Below, piece after piece: positions 1 through 9,626 of a DNA stretch of 64,000 nt; the stretch's first letter is position 1, and every line of letters starts with the position of its first letter. Made by a program: the position numbers and the translations under genes. The notes below the pieces were generated by a model. The model did not search any database and was not told the origin of the DNA. It saw only the letters and a program-made list of their open reading frames with translations. The stretch comes from a bacterium. Lineage in GTDB: Bacteria > Patescibacteriota > Minisyncoccia > Moranbacterales > DUUL01. Location: contig JABGXP010000010.1 of NCBI GenBank assembly GCA_018675685.1, positions 49,427 through 113,426 of the forward strand, given 5' to 3'.

Positions 1-264
1 CCTAGAAATAGCTAGATCAGTTTCATTCGTTGGTGCAAGCACGGGATTAATATAACTTGGCTGTCCAATAACACCTTCTGTGTATTCACCTCCAATTGCT
101 GGCACTTCTTGTGTTGAAGAGATGTAGTATTTTAATGACCAAGTCAAAAGAGATCCCACAAGGATGAGAACTGCTAGATATAGAAAAAACTTTTCTTTTT
201 TAGATAGAACAGAACCAAAATTCTTCAATTGATCAGGGAAAGAAAACCGTAACTGTTTTGACAT
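1..264 (-). CDS. Partial CDS (N-terminal 88 aa; runs off the window start). Hypothetical membrane-anchored extracytoplasmic protein, possibly a family-5 solute-binding protein
   Basis: ATG at 264 on the minus strand gives MSKQLRFSFPDQLKNFGSVLSKKEKFFLYLAVLILVGSLLTWSL... followed by GVIGQPSYINPVLAPTNETDL, which resembles the N-terminus of OppA/DppA-type binding proteins. Only a fragment is present. Confidence 0.3.
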   Translation of the reverse strand, partial: MSKQLRFSFPDQLKNFGSVLSKKEKFFLYLAVLILVGSLLTWSLKYYISSTQEVPAIGGEYTEGVIGQPSYINPVLAPTNETDLAISR

Positions 265-354
265 TAGTCTTAATTAAGCTATTAAAGACATCCGGAGGTT
301 TTTATAGTTTAGTTGTCCGAAAATCCCTTTGTAAAAAAGTATTAAAGACAATAA

Positions 355-582
355 TTAACTCTTTGCTGAGATGATTATTGTTGCTAGGGCGTTGATGATG
401 AATAATGCACCAAGAATGCCAGAGAAAACAAAAAGAAATTTCTCGATCCCTCTTTTAGTGTGAAAACCACTAAAGTCTCCACCGAATGCAGCAGAAAGGC
501 CGGAGCCTCTATTCTGAAGTAAGACGGAGATTATAAGTAAAACCGAGATTATGATTTGACTGTAGGCAAAAAAATTGTCCAT
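355..582 (-). CDS. secG: Preprotein translocase subunit SecG
   Basis: 75 aa with two transmembrane segments and the motif LLQNRGSGLSAAFGG typical of SecG (LLQ..G.G...FGG). Confidence 0.7.
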   Translation of the reverse strand: MDNFFAYSQIIISVLLIISVLLQNRGSGLSAAFGGDFSGFHTKRGIEKFLFVFSGILGALFIINALATIIISAKS

Positions 583-594
583 TGTATCGTTTAT

Positions 595-948
595 TTATTT
601 ATCTGATAATGTTGCGGTGAAGTAGTTTACGATACTGATGATGAAAACTCCCCAAAGCGCAGACCAGAAACTGTTAATTGTAAAGAAATCAAAAGCACCA
701 GCAACGAAATATAGTAAGCAGATATTAATGATTACAACAAAAGTTCCTAAGGAAAGGAAAATCAGAGGTAAAGACAATAACTTTATCACTGGCTTGATTA
801 AGGAATTTACAAGACCTAATAGAGCGCCAGCTTTTACAAGGTTTAAAAAAGTCACTTCAAAGGTGATGCCTGAGATAAACCAAGCTGCAATATAGATAGC
901 AATCGCATTGCTAATAATGTGAAAACAAACCTTCTTTAAAAAAGACAT
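595..948 (-). CDS. Small 4-TM membrane protein, holin-like (YvlD/DUF360, phage_holin_4_2-like)
   Basis: 117 aa with four hydrophobic helices in the pattern of YvlD-family proteins. Assigned by sequence pattern only. Confidence 0.4.
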   Translation of the reverse strand: MSFLKKVCFHIISNAIAIYIAAWFISGITFEVTFLNLVKAGALLGLVNSLIKPVIKLLSLPLIFLSLGTFVVIINICLLYFVAGAFDFFTINSFWSALWGVFIISIVNYFTATLSDK

Positions 949-1102
949 TTAGTTCACTTTTTTAAACTATTTCTTAGTTGAATTTGACTTCAATATAAAA
1001 CATTTCTTAATAATTGAACTTTAACAAAAATGTCTCTAAAAGTCAATTGACGGAAGCCTTCTTTTATATTACAGTTAAAGGACGAAAAATCCTATATAAA
1101 CG

Positions 1103-3079
1103 ATGAAATTTGAATTAGTTTCCAATTATAAACCAGCAGGAGATCAACCAACGGCAATCAAAAAATTGTCCGATGATTTTTATGCTGGGAAAAAACACCA
1201 AACTCTTGTTGGGGTGACTGGATCAGGTAAGACTTTTACGATCGCAAATGTGATTGAGAAAATTCAAAAACCAACACTAGTAATTGCTCACAACAAGACT
1301 CTCGCTGCTCAATTAGTTAGCGAATTTCGGGAATTTTTTCCCAATAATGCAGTTGAATATTTTGTTTCTTACTATGACTATTATCAACCAGAAGCATATA
1401 TGCCAGCGCAGGACGTTTTTATCGAAAAGGATTTAGAGATTAATGAAGAAATTGATAAACTAAGACATTCTGCTACTGCATCACTTATTTCTCGTAAAGA
1501 TGTTATTGTTGTGGCTAGCGTTTCATGTATCTATGGTTTGGGATCCCCAGACTTCTATAAGCAAAAAATCCTAACTTTAGAAAAAGGGAAAAAGATCGAC
1601 CGTAAGGATATTTTGAAAAAATTGATTGATCTACAATATTCAAGAAGTGATGTTTTACTTAGAGGTAAATTTCGTTTACATGGCGAAACTTTTGAGATTA
1701 TGCGACCAGACAAGGAAGTTGTAATTCGCGTCGAGTTGAAAAACGGTGAAGTCATAAGGATGTACGAATACAATCATTTGACAGGTGAAGTTTTAGAGAA
1801 AGATATGTCGCAAGTTTTAATTTTCCCAGCTAAACATTTTGTTGCACCCGAATCAGTAATGAAAAAATCAGTAGGAAAAATTCGGCAGGAAATGAAAAAA
1901 AGAGTTAAATTCTTCGAAGACAAAGGCAATATTGTTGAAGCAGAAAGAATCAGAAGAAGAACTAATTTTGACACAGAACTCATTGAAGAAATTGGTTATT
2001 GCAGTGGAATAGAAAACTACTCTTTGTACTTAAGCGAAAGAAAGCCGGGTGAAGCACCTTATACATTGATGGATTATTTTGGTGATGATTTTTTGACGAT
2101 AATTGATGAGTCTCATGTAACAATTCCTCAAGTCAGAGCAATGTATGGTGGTGATTTTTCGCGTAAAAATAATTTGATCGATTTTGGTTTTCGCTTGCCA
2201 AGTGCCTTCGATAACCGTCCTTTGAAGTTTGAAGAATTTGAAAAAAAGCTTAAAAATGCGATCTTTATGTCAGCAACCCCTGCTGAGTACGAATTAGAAA
2301 AATGTGGCAGAAAGATTGTCGAGCAAATTGTTCGTCCAACTGGACTTATCGATCCCCCAATTAAAATTAGACCTTGCGAGAATCAGGTTCGAGATATTGT
2401 ATCGGAAATCAAACCGAGAGTCGAAAAAAATGAAAGAGTCTTAATCACAACATTGACTAAGAAAATGGCGGAAGATTTAGCAGAGCATTTAAAAGAGGAA
2501 GATGGCTTGAAATCGGAATATTTGCATAGTGGCGTTGATACACTTGATCGCATCAGAATTTTAGAAGAACTGCGATTGGGCGAAATTGATGTTTTAGTAG
2601 GAGTTAATTTGCTTCGTGAGGGGTTGGATCTTCCAGAAGTTTCTTTAGTGGCAATTTTAGATGCTGACAAAGAAGGTTTTTTGCGGAGCGCTACTTCGCT
2701 TGTCCAGACAATCGGAAGAGCAGCGAGAAATGTGAATGGAGAGGTTATTTTATATGCCGATACTATCACGAAGTCAATGAAGACAGCGATTGATGAAACT
2801 AAGAGGAGAAGAGCCAAGCAACTCATTTTCAACAAGAAACACAAAATTACACCAAAAACAATAGAAAAAGAGATCAAATCAATCATGAGTCACAAGAGGG
2901 AGGAAGATAATCAAAATACTGACCCTGTCTTGAAACTTGAGTCTCCAGAGGAGATAGGTAAATATATCAAAATGCAGGAATTAGAGATGAAACAGGCTGC
3001 AAAACAACTAGAGTTTGAAAGAGCTGCAGTTATTAGAGATGAAGTCACAAAACTCAAGAGAATGATTTTAAAAATATAA
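1103..3079 (+). CDS. uvrB: Excinuclease ABC subunit B (UvrB)
   Basis: N-terminal PAGDQP, Walker A GVTGSGKTFT, a helicase core, and a C-terminal UVR domain (LEFERAAVIRDEV). Length 658 aa. Confidence 0.95.
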   Translation: MKFELVSNYKPAGDQPTAIKKLSDDFYAGKKHQTLVGVTGSGKTFTIANVIEKIQKPTLVIAHNKTLAAQLVSEFREFFPNNAVEYFVSYYDYYQPEAYMPAQDVFIEKDLEINEEIDKLRHSATASLISRKDVIVVASVSCIYGLGSPDFYKQKILTLEKGKKIDRKDILKKLIDLQYSRSDVLLRGKFRLHGETFEIMRPDKEVVIRVELKNGEVIRMYEYNHLTGEVLEKDMSQVLIFPAKHFVAPESVMKKSVGKIRQEMKKRVKFFEDKGNIVEAERIRRRTNFDTELIEEIGYCSGIENYSLYLSERKPGEAPYTLMDYFGDDFLTIIDESHVTIPQVRAMYGGDFSRKNNLIDFGFRLPSAFDNRPLKFEEFEKKLKNAIFMSATPAEYELEKCGRKIVEQIVRPTGLIDPPIKIRPCENQVRDIVSEIKPRVEKNERVLITTLTKKMAEDLAEHLKEEDGLKSEYLHSGVDTLDRIRILEELRLGEIDVLVGVNLLREGLDLPEVSLVAILDADKEGFLRSATSLVQTIGRAARNVNGEVILYADTITKSMKTAIDETKRRRAKQLIFNKKHKITPKTIEKEIKSIMSHKREEDNQNTDPVLKLESPEEIGKYIKMQELEMKQAAKQLEFERAAVIRDEVTKLKRMILKI

Positions 3080-3156
3080 AAAGTGCCCAGCATATTTGAA
3101 ATTGAAAGTAGTAGTTTTTTAGTGTAGAATAGAAATAGAACTACAAAGAGAATTGT

Positions 3157-3702
3157 TTGCAAACACAAAAAATGAATAATATTGAGACTTTCAACTTAAT
3201 CTCATATCTTGAGCAAGGAAACGCCTTTTTAGAAAAGTCGTATCTTTTTCGTGGATTTAAATTTATATTAGCCTTCTATTTAATTCTGATGGCTGTTGCA
3301 ATGATATTAATGCTGTATCGATTGGTTAAATACGACTATTGGAAGGTATTGATGTCTGGTTCCGAGCTTCCAAATGTGAAAGGACGCATGCAATTGACTT
3401 GGGAGAAGTCAGTTGAGAGACTCGAGTCTAGTAATCCAAACAAATGGAAAGCTGCAATCTTAGAACTTTCTAGTATGTTGAATGAAATCCTGGGCATTGT
3501 TGGATATGAGGGGGTATTATTAGGAGAAAGACTTGAGCATATACAAACCCATCAATTGGAAAACATTGCTGAAGTGATAGAAGCAAATAAAGTAAAAAAC
3601 TTAATCGTACAAGATGACGAGTTTGTGCTTACAAAAGAGGAGGCAAAAAGAGTAGCGGAAGTTTTTGGAAGAGCCCTACGTTTATTGGAGGCAATTGAAT
3701 AA
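3157..3702 (+). CDS. Hypothetical membrane protein
   Basis: 181-aa ORF with one N-terminal TM helix. The true start may be the ATG at 3172. No recognisable family. Confidence 0.4.
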   Translation: MQTQKMNNIETFNLISYLEQGNAFLEKSYLFRGFKFILAFYLILMAVAMILMLYRLVKYDYWKVLMSGSELPNVKGRMQLTWEKSVERLESSNPNKWKAAILELSSMLNEILGIVGYEGVLLGERLEHIQTHQLENIAEVIEANKVKNLIVQDDEFVLTKEEAKRVAEVFGRALRLLEAIE

Positions 3703-3724
3703 TTTTCATAAAATAAGAATTTAG

Positions 3725-4924
3725 ATGGAAAAGAAATTTCCTAAGGATTTTCTTTGGGGCGTTGCACATGCATCTCATCAGGTTGAAGGGAATAGCAAAG
3801 GAAATGATTGGTGGGATTGGGAACAGCAAGGAAAAACGAAAGAATCTTCGGGTTGGGCTTGTGACAGCTGGAATCGCTATCCGATTGATAATAAATTAGC
3901 ACAAGAGCTTGGTTGTGATGCTTTTAGAATTTCTTTTGAATGGTTTCGTATTGAGCCCAAAAAAGGAAAATTTTCAAAGGATGGGATTGAGCATTACCGG
4001 AAGAATTTGCAAGACATGAAGAAGCGAGGCTTGAAAAGAGTTGTAACTTTGTGGCACTGGACCTCTCCAATGTGGTTTGTTGAAGATGGCGGTTGGCATA
4101 GCGAGCATTCAGTAGAACATTTTACGAGCTATTGCTCGAAAATCATAGAAGAACTTGGAGACGAGATTGATATGTTCATTACAATAAATGAACCAAGATT
4201 GCCATTGAACAGAGGTTATTTAAAAGGCGATTTTCCTCCAGGAAAAAGAAATCCCAAAGATTTTTTGAAAGCTAGGAAGAATATGATCAAGGCGCACCGG
4301 GAGTGCTATGATATTTGCAAGAAAAAGCAACCGAAAATTCCAGTAGGGATAACTCAGTTTTGCAATGTGTTTGAATATACAAATCCAAAATCATTTTTAT
4401 GGAGTTTTATAAAAAAAATGCAGAGAAAATACAATTGGTATTTCCAGGATCAAATCAAAGATAAACAAGATTTTGTGGGAATCAATTATTATTTTGGCAT
4501 GGACATCTCTTTACTACCTCCTTTTGCTAAAATGAAAAATGACGAAAAGAAGCTAACAGAAATGGGTTGGGGAGTGTATCCAAATGGACTTTTTGAGTTA
4601 CTCATTTCTGCCTGGGGAAGATACAAAAAGCCAGTATATATCTTTGAGAATGGAATTTCAGACGAAAAAGACACACGAAGGGCTCAATATATCAAAGTTC
4701 ACACAGAAGCTGTTCGCGATGCCATTGCTCAAGGCGCTAATGTGAAAGGATATTTCTATTGGTCGTTACTGGATAATTTTGAGTGGCTTTTAGGTTATTC
4801 TAGAAAGTTCGGTCTATGTGAAATTGACAAAGAGACCATGGATCGGATTCCGAGGAAGTCATATTTTGAGTATCAAAAATTGATTGCTGGCTATAAAGGT
4901 AAGTCCCAAAAGAAGAGAGGATAA
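3725..4924 (+). CDS. Glycoside hydrolase family 1 (beta-glucosidase-like)
   Basis: GH1 acid/base motif ITINEPR and nucleophile motif YIFENG. Also the N-terminal pattern FLWGVAHASHQVEG. Length 399 aa. Confidence 0.8.
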   Translation: MEKKFPKDFLWGVAHASHQVEGNSKGNDWWDWEQQGKTKESSGWACDSWNRYPIDNKLAQELGCDAFRISFEWFRIEPKKGKFSKDGIEHYRKNLQDMKKRGLKRVVTLWHWTSPMWFVEDGGWHSEHSVEHFTSYCSKIIEELGDEIDMFITINEPRLPLNRGYLKGDFPPGKRNPKDFLKARKNMIKAHRECYDICKKKQPKIPVGITQFCNVFEYTNPKSFLWSFIKKMQRKYNWYFQDQIKDKQDFVGINYYFGMDISLLPPFAKMKNDEKKLTEMGWGVYPNGLFELLISAWGRYKKPVYIFENGISDEKDTRRAQYIKVHTEAVRDAIAQGANVKGYFYWSLLDNFEWLLGYSRKFGLCEIDKETMDRIPRKSYFEYQKLIAGYKGKSQKKRG

Positions 4925-4943
4925 TATTAAAAACTGAAAAACG

Positions 4944-5870
4944 ATGAATTGGATTATGTTGGCAATCAGTGCCTATCTATTGCTTTCTATTGAATCAATT
5001 GCAAATAAGTTTTTGATTTCAGGAAAAGTTGGAAGTTGGCGCCTATATTTATTCTATATTGGGCTTCTTTCGTCCACCAGTTTAATGTTTGCTCCCTTTG
5101 GTTTGTACTGGCCAGGTTGGCATGTTGTGGGAATTTCCGTTGCAACAGGAGTTGTCTTTTTTGGATACCTAGCCTTTCTATTCTCTTCTCTGAAGAGTTC
5201 AACAGCCACTAGAGTTTTTGTTTTGATCGGTGCCGTTGCAACAATCACAACCTTTATTTTCTCAAAATTGTTCTTAAATGATAACCTGACTAGTAGCAGT
5301 TTATTCGGAGTGATAATGTTACTGTTGGGAGGTTTTTTTATAGCCTTTAAAGTTAAGGAAAAGAAGTTTTTTACAGATTACAAAAAAGTCCTTATTGCAG
5401 GTGTTTTATCTGGAGTTTCCCTGGGTATGTTGAAATATACTTTTGATATTTTCCAAGGACTTGGTGGAACAGATTTCGAAGTTTTTGTGAACGGGTATAT
5501 TTACACAAGAATGGGCTCCGTTTTAATGGTGATTGTTCTTATGTGTTTACCTTCGTATCGTAATCATATTTTGGCAACGTTTAAAAAGAAGAAAGGAAGG
5601 GAACATGCTTCAAATTTCCTAATTGTTGTAGGAGTGAAAACATTATCAGGGATTGCCACATTTATGATGAATTTCAGTCTTTCTATTGGCGACCCAACAA
5701 TTGTAAGTGCCCTAGCATCAGTTCAGTATCTCGGAGTTTTTATACTATCAATGTTTCTATCAAAAAGGTTTACTGCTATTTTCAAAGAGAATTTCGAGAG
5801 AAAAGACATGCTTTTTAAGGCCACAGGAGTGCTATTTGTTGTTTTGGGTATCATAGCTGTCTTTGTTTAG
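4944..5870 (+). CDS. Polytopic membrane protein (DMT/EamA-like?)
   Basis: 308 aa with about 9-10 hydrophobic helices. The family assignment is weak. Confidence 0.35.
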   Translation: MNWIMLAISAYLLLSIESIANKFLISGKVGSWRLYLFYIGLLSSTSLMFAPFGLYWPGWHVVGISVATGVVFFGYLAFLFSSLKSSTATRVFVLIGAVATITTFIFSKLFLNDNLTSSSLFGVIMLLLGGFFIAFKVKEKKFFTDYKKVLIAGVLSGVSLGMLKYTFDIFQGLGGTDFEVFVNGYIYTRMGSVLMVIVLMCLPSYRNHILATFKKKKGREHASNFLIVVGVKTLSGIATFMMNFSLSIGDPTIVSALASVQYLGVFILSMFLSKRFTAIFKENFERKDMLFKATGVLFVVLGIIAVFV

Positions 5871-5909
5871 TAACTTAAAAGTTTCTGTAATAAAAATTAA
5901 AATCTAAAA

Positions 5910-6971
5910 ATGCGAATTGTTAAACTCCTTGCAAAGTTGTTGGTGAAAATAATCATTTTTTTGGCTATCTTGATTGCCATTATTTTGGTTGCCTTTAATT
6001 GGCCAGTGCAGAGCAAAAATGAGAATATGGAATTCGGAGTTTCTTTTTCTGATGTGCAAGCTCGAGCGCTTGACATGGATTGGAAAAGTACTTATATCGA
6101 AATTCTAACAGACTTGAAGCCTAAGAAGATGAGAATTGCTGCATATTGGTCAGATATTGAAAAAGAACCAGGAGTCTATGATTTTTCAAACCTAGACTTT
6201 CAGGTTGAGCAGGCTGAAAAATATGGAACCAAATTAGTTCTAGCAATGGGAGTTAAAGTTCCTCGTTGGCCAGAGTGTTTTATCCCAGAAATGTATGCAG
6301 AGGGTGAAAATGACAAACCGCTCTCAAAAAAAGTTCTAAGAGAGGATGCAGTTTTGAAATTTGAAAAAGCACTGGTCGAGAGATATAAGGATAGGGAGAT
6401 TATCGAGATGTGGCAGGTTGAAAACGAACCCTTTTTGTCATTCGGTCATTGTATAGAAGGAGCATTAGACAAGCAAATTGTGGAACGAGAAATCGCACAA
6501 GTACACAAACTGGACAGTACTCGGAAAATCATGACGACTGATAGTGGGGAACTTAGTCTCTGGAGAGATGCCGCAAGTCGCGCTGACATCTTTGGAACGA
6601 CAATGTATCGAATTATCTACAAAGGAGCAAAATGGTATGACGGTTATGTCCATTATCCAATTGGCCCAAATTTTTTCAGAATCAAAGCAAAATTAATTGG
6701 AAAATGGATCAACTCTGAGGACATTGTGATTTCGGAGCTGCAAGGTGAGCCTTGGGGACCAGGTTGGATCAAGACTATGCCGATTGAAGAACAATACAAA
6801 TCAATGAGTCCTCAAAAGTTGGTTGATATTGCTGAATTTGCTCGCAGGACTAAATTTAAGGAGACATATGTTTGGGGAGTTGAATGGTGGTATATGCTTA
6901 AATACCAACGGGAGAACTCGGATATGATAGAAGCCGCAAAGCAAGTGATCACAAAAAGAGAAGAAAAATAA
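5910..6971 (+). CDS. Glycoside hydrolase, TIM-barrel clan GH-A (GH5-like), membrane anchored
   Basis: N-terminal TM helix, then a hydrolase domain with the characteristic WQVENEP catalytic-acid motif. Confidence 0.5.
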   Translation: MRIVKLLAKLLVKIIIFLAILIAIILVAFNWPVQSKNENMEFGVSFSDVQARALDMDWKSTYIEILTDLKPKKMRIAAYWSDIEKEPGVYDFSNLDFQVEQAEKYGTKLVLAMGVKVPRWPECFIPEMYAEGENDKPLSKKVLREDAVLKFEKALVERYKDREIIEMWQVENEPFLSFGHCIEGALDKQIVEREIAQVHKLDSTRKIMTTDSGELSLWRDAASRADIFGTTMYRIIYKGAKWYDGYVHYPIGPNFFRIKAKLIGKWINSEDIVISELQGEPWGPGWIKTMPIEEQYKSMSPQKLVDIAEFARRTKFKETYVWGVEWWYMLKYQRENSDMIEAAKQVITKREEK

Positions 6972-7051
6972 AAAACAAAAACAAAAAAAACAAAGACTCT
7001 ACACCTAATCAATTGGTGTGGAGTCTTTGTTTTCTGGGAAGTTATAAATAG

Positions 7052-8290
7052 TTACATCTCCAAGAGATTGTCTTGTGAAACGGGAATGGGTGACTTCAGT
7101 GAGCCTTTTTCTTCTAAAAAGACTTGCCCAATGAGATAACTTGTGAATACGACTAAAATAGTACTAAAAGAAGCGATATAAAAGCTTACATCAAACACAT
7201 TTACAAAAAGACACAATATTCCATAGAGTAAAACATTCGCTGACATTGAAGCGATATTTCGATATGTGGAGGCAGACAGAAGATCTCGTTTCTCGCCTTT
7301 TTCTAGAAGAGAGCTATCCAAGGGCAGACTAATAAATACCGAAAAAATACCAACTAAGAACACACTAAAGAAGTAGAAAAAGTCAGCTGTTACAAATAGC
7401 CTTAGAATCCAAACAATCGAAATTGTAATACCGCCAATAGCAATTAGTAAGGACCTTTTACTTTTGGTTGTTTTGCCGATAAAATAGGTGAAAACAATTG
7501 CTGTTATGGAAGCTATGATGGGGAGAATGGCAACTGATTCGATGCTTTCAAAGTAGGTAAAGATGAAGATTGGCCAAATAATTCCTTCCACGGAAGAGTG
7601 AATCCCGAAAAATCCAATAGAAAGAAAATCTTTAGTGATTTTCCAATTTTTAAAAAAAGCGCGAAATGATTTTTGTTTTCGAAGTGGTTTGTCTGGAATT
7701 CCTTTGATTCTAAAGAGCGGGAAAAGGGAAAGGCAAAGAAGGAAAATGCTAATAGAGATTAAAAAATCTTGATTTGATCCGATTAGAATCAGGGCTCCTA
7801 ATGCTGGAGCCATTAGTCCAGCCAAACGCCTTGCAATCGAAAGTCCGCTAGCATCGCTCGCAACATCATCTTTTTTGTTGCTGCATTTTACAAATAAATA
7901 AAGATGAGCAACCCAATAGAAGGTGTCATAAAGAGCAGCAAAACTAGCCAGTGCTAATAGTAGCATCCAACTGTTGGCGGAGAGATTGAAAAGACAAGCA
8001 AAGAAGCCAACGGAGAATAATGTCCCCAGGATAACTACGTTTCTAGCGCCAATCTTTCTAACACACCAACGAGCCAAGAAATTCAAAGGGACATCTATAA
8101 GATTGTAAAGAAAATAGTATAAAATAACCTCGTTCACAGAATAACCACTTTTAAGAAGTAGAATCGGAATGAAGATGGAAACTAATGACCTGGAAAATGT
8201 ATGGAGCCAGATTGAAAATTCAAACAACCACATTTTAGAGTGAACGAGTCGGATGAGCCTGTTTCCATGATAACTGTGAAAAAGTTGCAT
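7052..8290 (-). CDS. MFS-type transporter
   Basis: 412 aa with about 12 TM helices in an MFS-like arrangement. Confidence 0.5.
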   Translation of the reverse strand: MQLFHSYHGNRLIRLVHSKMWLFEFSIWLHTFSRSLVSIFIPILLLKSGYSVNEVILYYFLYNLIDVPLNFLARWCVRKIGARNVVILGTLFSVGFFACLFNLSANSWMLLLALASFAALYDTFYWVAHLYLFVKCSNKKDDVASDASGLSIARRLAGLMAPALGALILIGSNQDFLISISIFLLCLSLFPLFRIKGIPDKPLRKQKSFRAFFKNWKITKDFLSIGFFGIHSSVEGIIWPIFIFTYFESIESVAILPIIASITAIVFTYFIGKTTKSKRSLLIAIGGITISIVWILRLFVTADFFYFFSVFLVGIFSVFISLPLDSSLLEKGEKRDLLSASTYRNIASMSANVLLYGILCLFVNVFDVSFYIASFSTILVVFTSYLIGQVFLEEKGSLKSPIPVSQDNLLEM

Positions 8291-8359
8291 AAATTTATAT
8301 AAAACAACCTGAATGTTAAAAACAAACAGGCCAGTTTCATTGGTTATATTTGCGAGATA

Positions 8360-9490
8360 TTAGGTTTTTTCATTCATCAATTTGCTAAAGTTGATAGTCA
8401 CGTCATTGATCCATCTTCCAGCATTTGGGTCTTTGCTACAAGCTGAGCCACATTTCCATAAGACCATCTCTTGAGGGGTGTCTACATCAATTTTCACAAG
8501 TCTCTCAAGTCTGCCACCGACAGTGTCAATTGCATCTTGTGGACCATCAAAACAAGTATGTCCCCCTGTTCCCATTTTCTTTCTTATCCCGCGATATCCC
8601 CAATAGTTATAACAATTCTTCCCATTAAGAACTGGTACATGTCTTCCAAAACCACTTTCTTTCATTGCAATTCCAACAAGAAAAGCTGCTACAGTCCGAT
8701 CTTTCTTAGCGATTAGTGGAGCCATTTCTTCCATAGGGTTTCCTTTTAGAATCTCATAAATTTCACCTTCCAGCTCTTCTGTTTTTATGGTGTCAAAACG
8801 CTTCAGTGCATCTAGCACGAAAGCATCCAGTTTTTGATCAAATTGTTGTGCGATTTTTTCATCTTTCGCTCCAAGCACTTTAGTCTGAGCTTGTACAGTC
8901 GTTTCTGCTTGTTTAAGATGCAAATCAGCCAATTCTTCTGTAGTAGTGTTGTTTTTTTGGTAGCCAACAGTGAATGTAGCAACACTAGTAACAAGAATTG
9001 TTAGTACTAATGCAGTTGCAAAAGATTTTGTTCTGAGAAAAGACATTTGCCAATCAAAGCCCCAAAAAGAGACAGGAGTTTCTCTTGGGTCAAGCTCGCA
9101 CTCCAAGGGACTTTTGAAGGAGGTGTTCAAGAATGGAAGATCGCGGACATATTTCTTCGAATAGTTCAGTTGAAATTCTGGCGAGCAATCCATTTTTTCA
9201 AAATGCTTGGTAGGAGAAATTTCATCAATAAAGTTAACCTTTCTCACCTCAAGTGCTGTCCAACAACCTTTTTTGATTGCGATTCTTTTTGTTTGACTAA
9301 CATAGTTTTTGTTTACTCCATCAACAAAAAAATCTCTCTTGAATTTTGACAAGAAGATTGTTTCTCCCAGGACCCCACTTTTTAGTTGTTTGATCTTTTC
9401 TTGAGCTCTTTTTGGATCATCAAACAGAAACCTAAAGTCCGGTTTGTTATATTTGTCCGTTATGCAATATAAGGACTTTTTTACTTTCAT
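8360..9490 (-). CDS. Membrane-anchored protein with C-terminal GH73-like (glucosaminidase/lysozyme-like) 4-Cys domain, paralog 1
   Basis: C-terminal block PMEEMAPLIAKKDRTVAAFLVGIAMKESGFG...NCYNYWGYRG...GGHTCF...WKCGSAC...RWINDV is shared with ORFs 9627..10388 and 30461..31081. The ESGFG and NYWGYRG blocks resemble glucosaminidase AQAALESGWG and NNLFGIK. There is a TM helix mid-protein. Confidence 0.5.
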   Translation of the reverse strand: MKVKKSLYCITDKYNKPDFRFLFDDPKRAQEKIKQLKSGVLGETIFLSKFKRDFFVDGVNKNYVSQTKRIAIKKGCWTALEVRKVNFIDEISPTKHFEKMDCSPEFQLNYSKKYVRDLPFLNTSFKSPLECELDPRETPVSFWGFDWQMSFLRTKSFATALVLTILVTSVATFTVGYQKNNTTTEELADLHLKQAETTVQAQTKVLGAKDEKIAQQFDQKLDAFVLDALKRFDTIKTEELEGEIYEILKGNPMEEMAPLIAKKDRTVAAFLVGIAMKESGFGRHVPVLNGKNCYNYWGYRGIRKKMGTGGHTCFDGPQDAIDTVGGRLERLVKIDVDTPQEMVLWKCGSACSKDPNAGRWINDVTINFSKLMNEKT

Positions 9491-9626
9491 TTTTTATTTT
9501 CTTTTAGCGTTTTCAAGCTAAAAAACGACATTTAAAACACTAGACAAGACATGCTCTGAATAACTTGTCTTTATTGTAGATGATTAAGGATAAGTGTCAA
9601 TATTGTCAAGAATTGATTTTGATGTT

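Noticed and set aside
638-895. 85-aa ORF on the plus strand antisense to the holin-like gene. The same pattern recurs inside uvrB (1555..1773, 1774..1983, 2383..2886), recA (20329..20541), pilB (48065..48361 and others), purL (36009..36705) and murA/dnaJ (55248..55924, 56468..57023).
   Set aside because: All lie fully within and antisense or out of frame to long, well-supported genes. They have low-complexity composition and no start signals. I take them as ORF-finder shadows.
6961-6995. A-rich low-complexity tract (AAAAAACAAAAACAAAAAAAACAAAG) after the GH5-like gene.
   Set aside because: Simple homopolymeric intergenic filler next to a small hairpin (CTCTACACC...GGTGTGGAG). It has no repeat structure beyond poly-A, so I do not list it as a feature.
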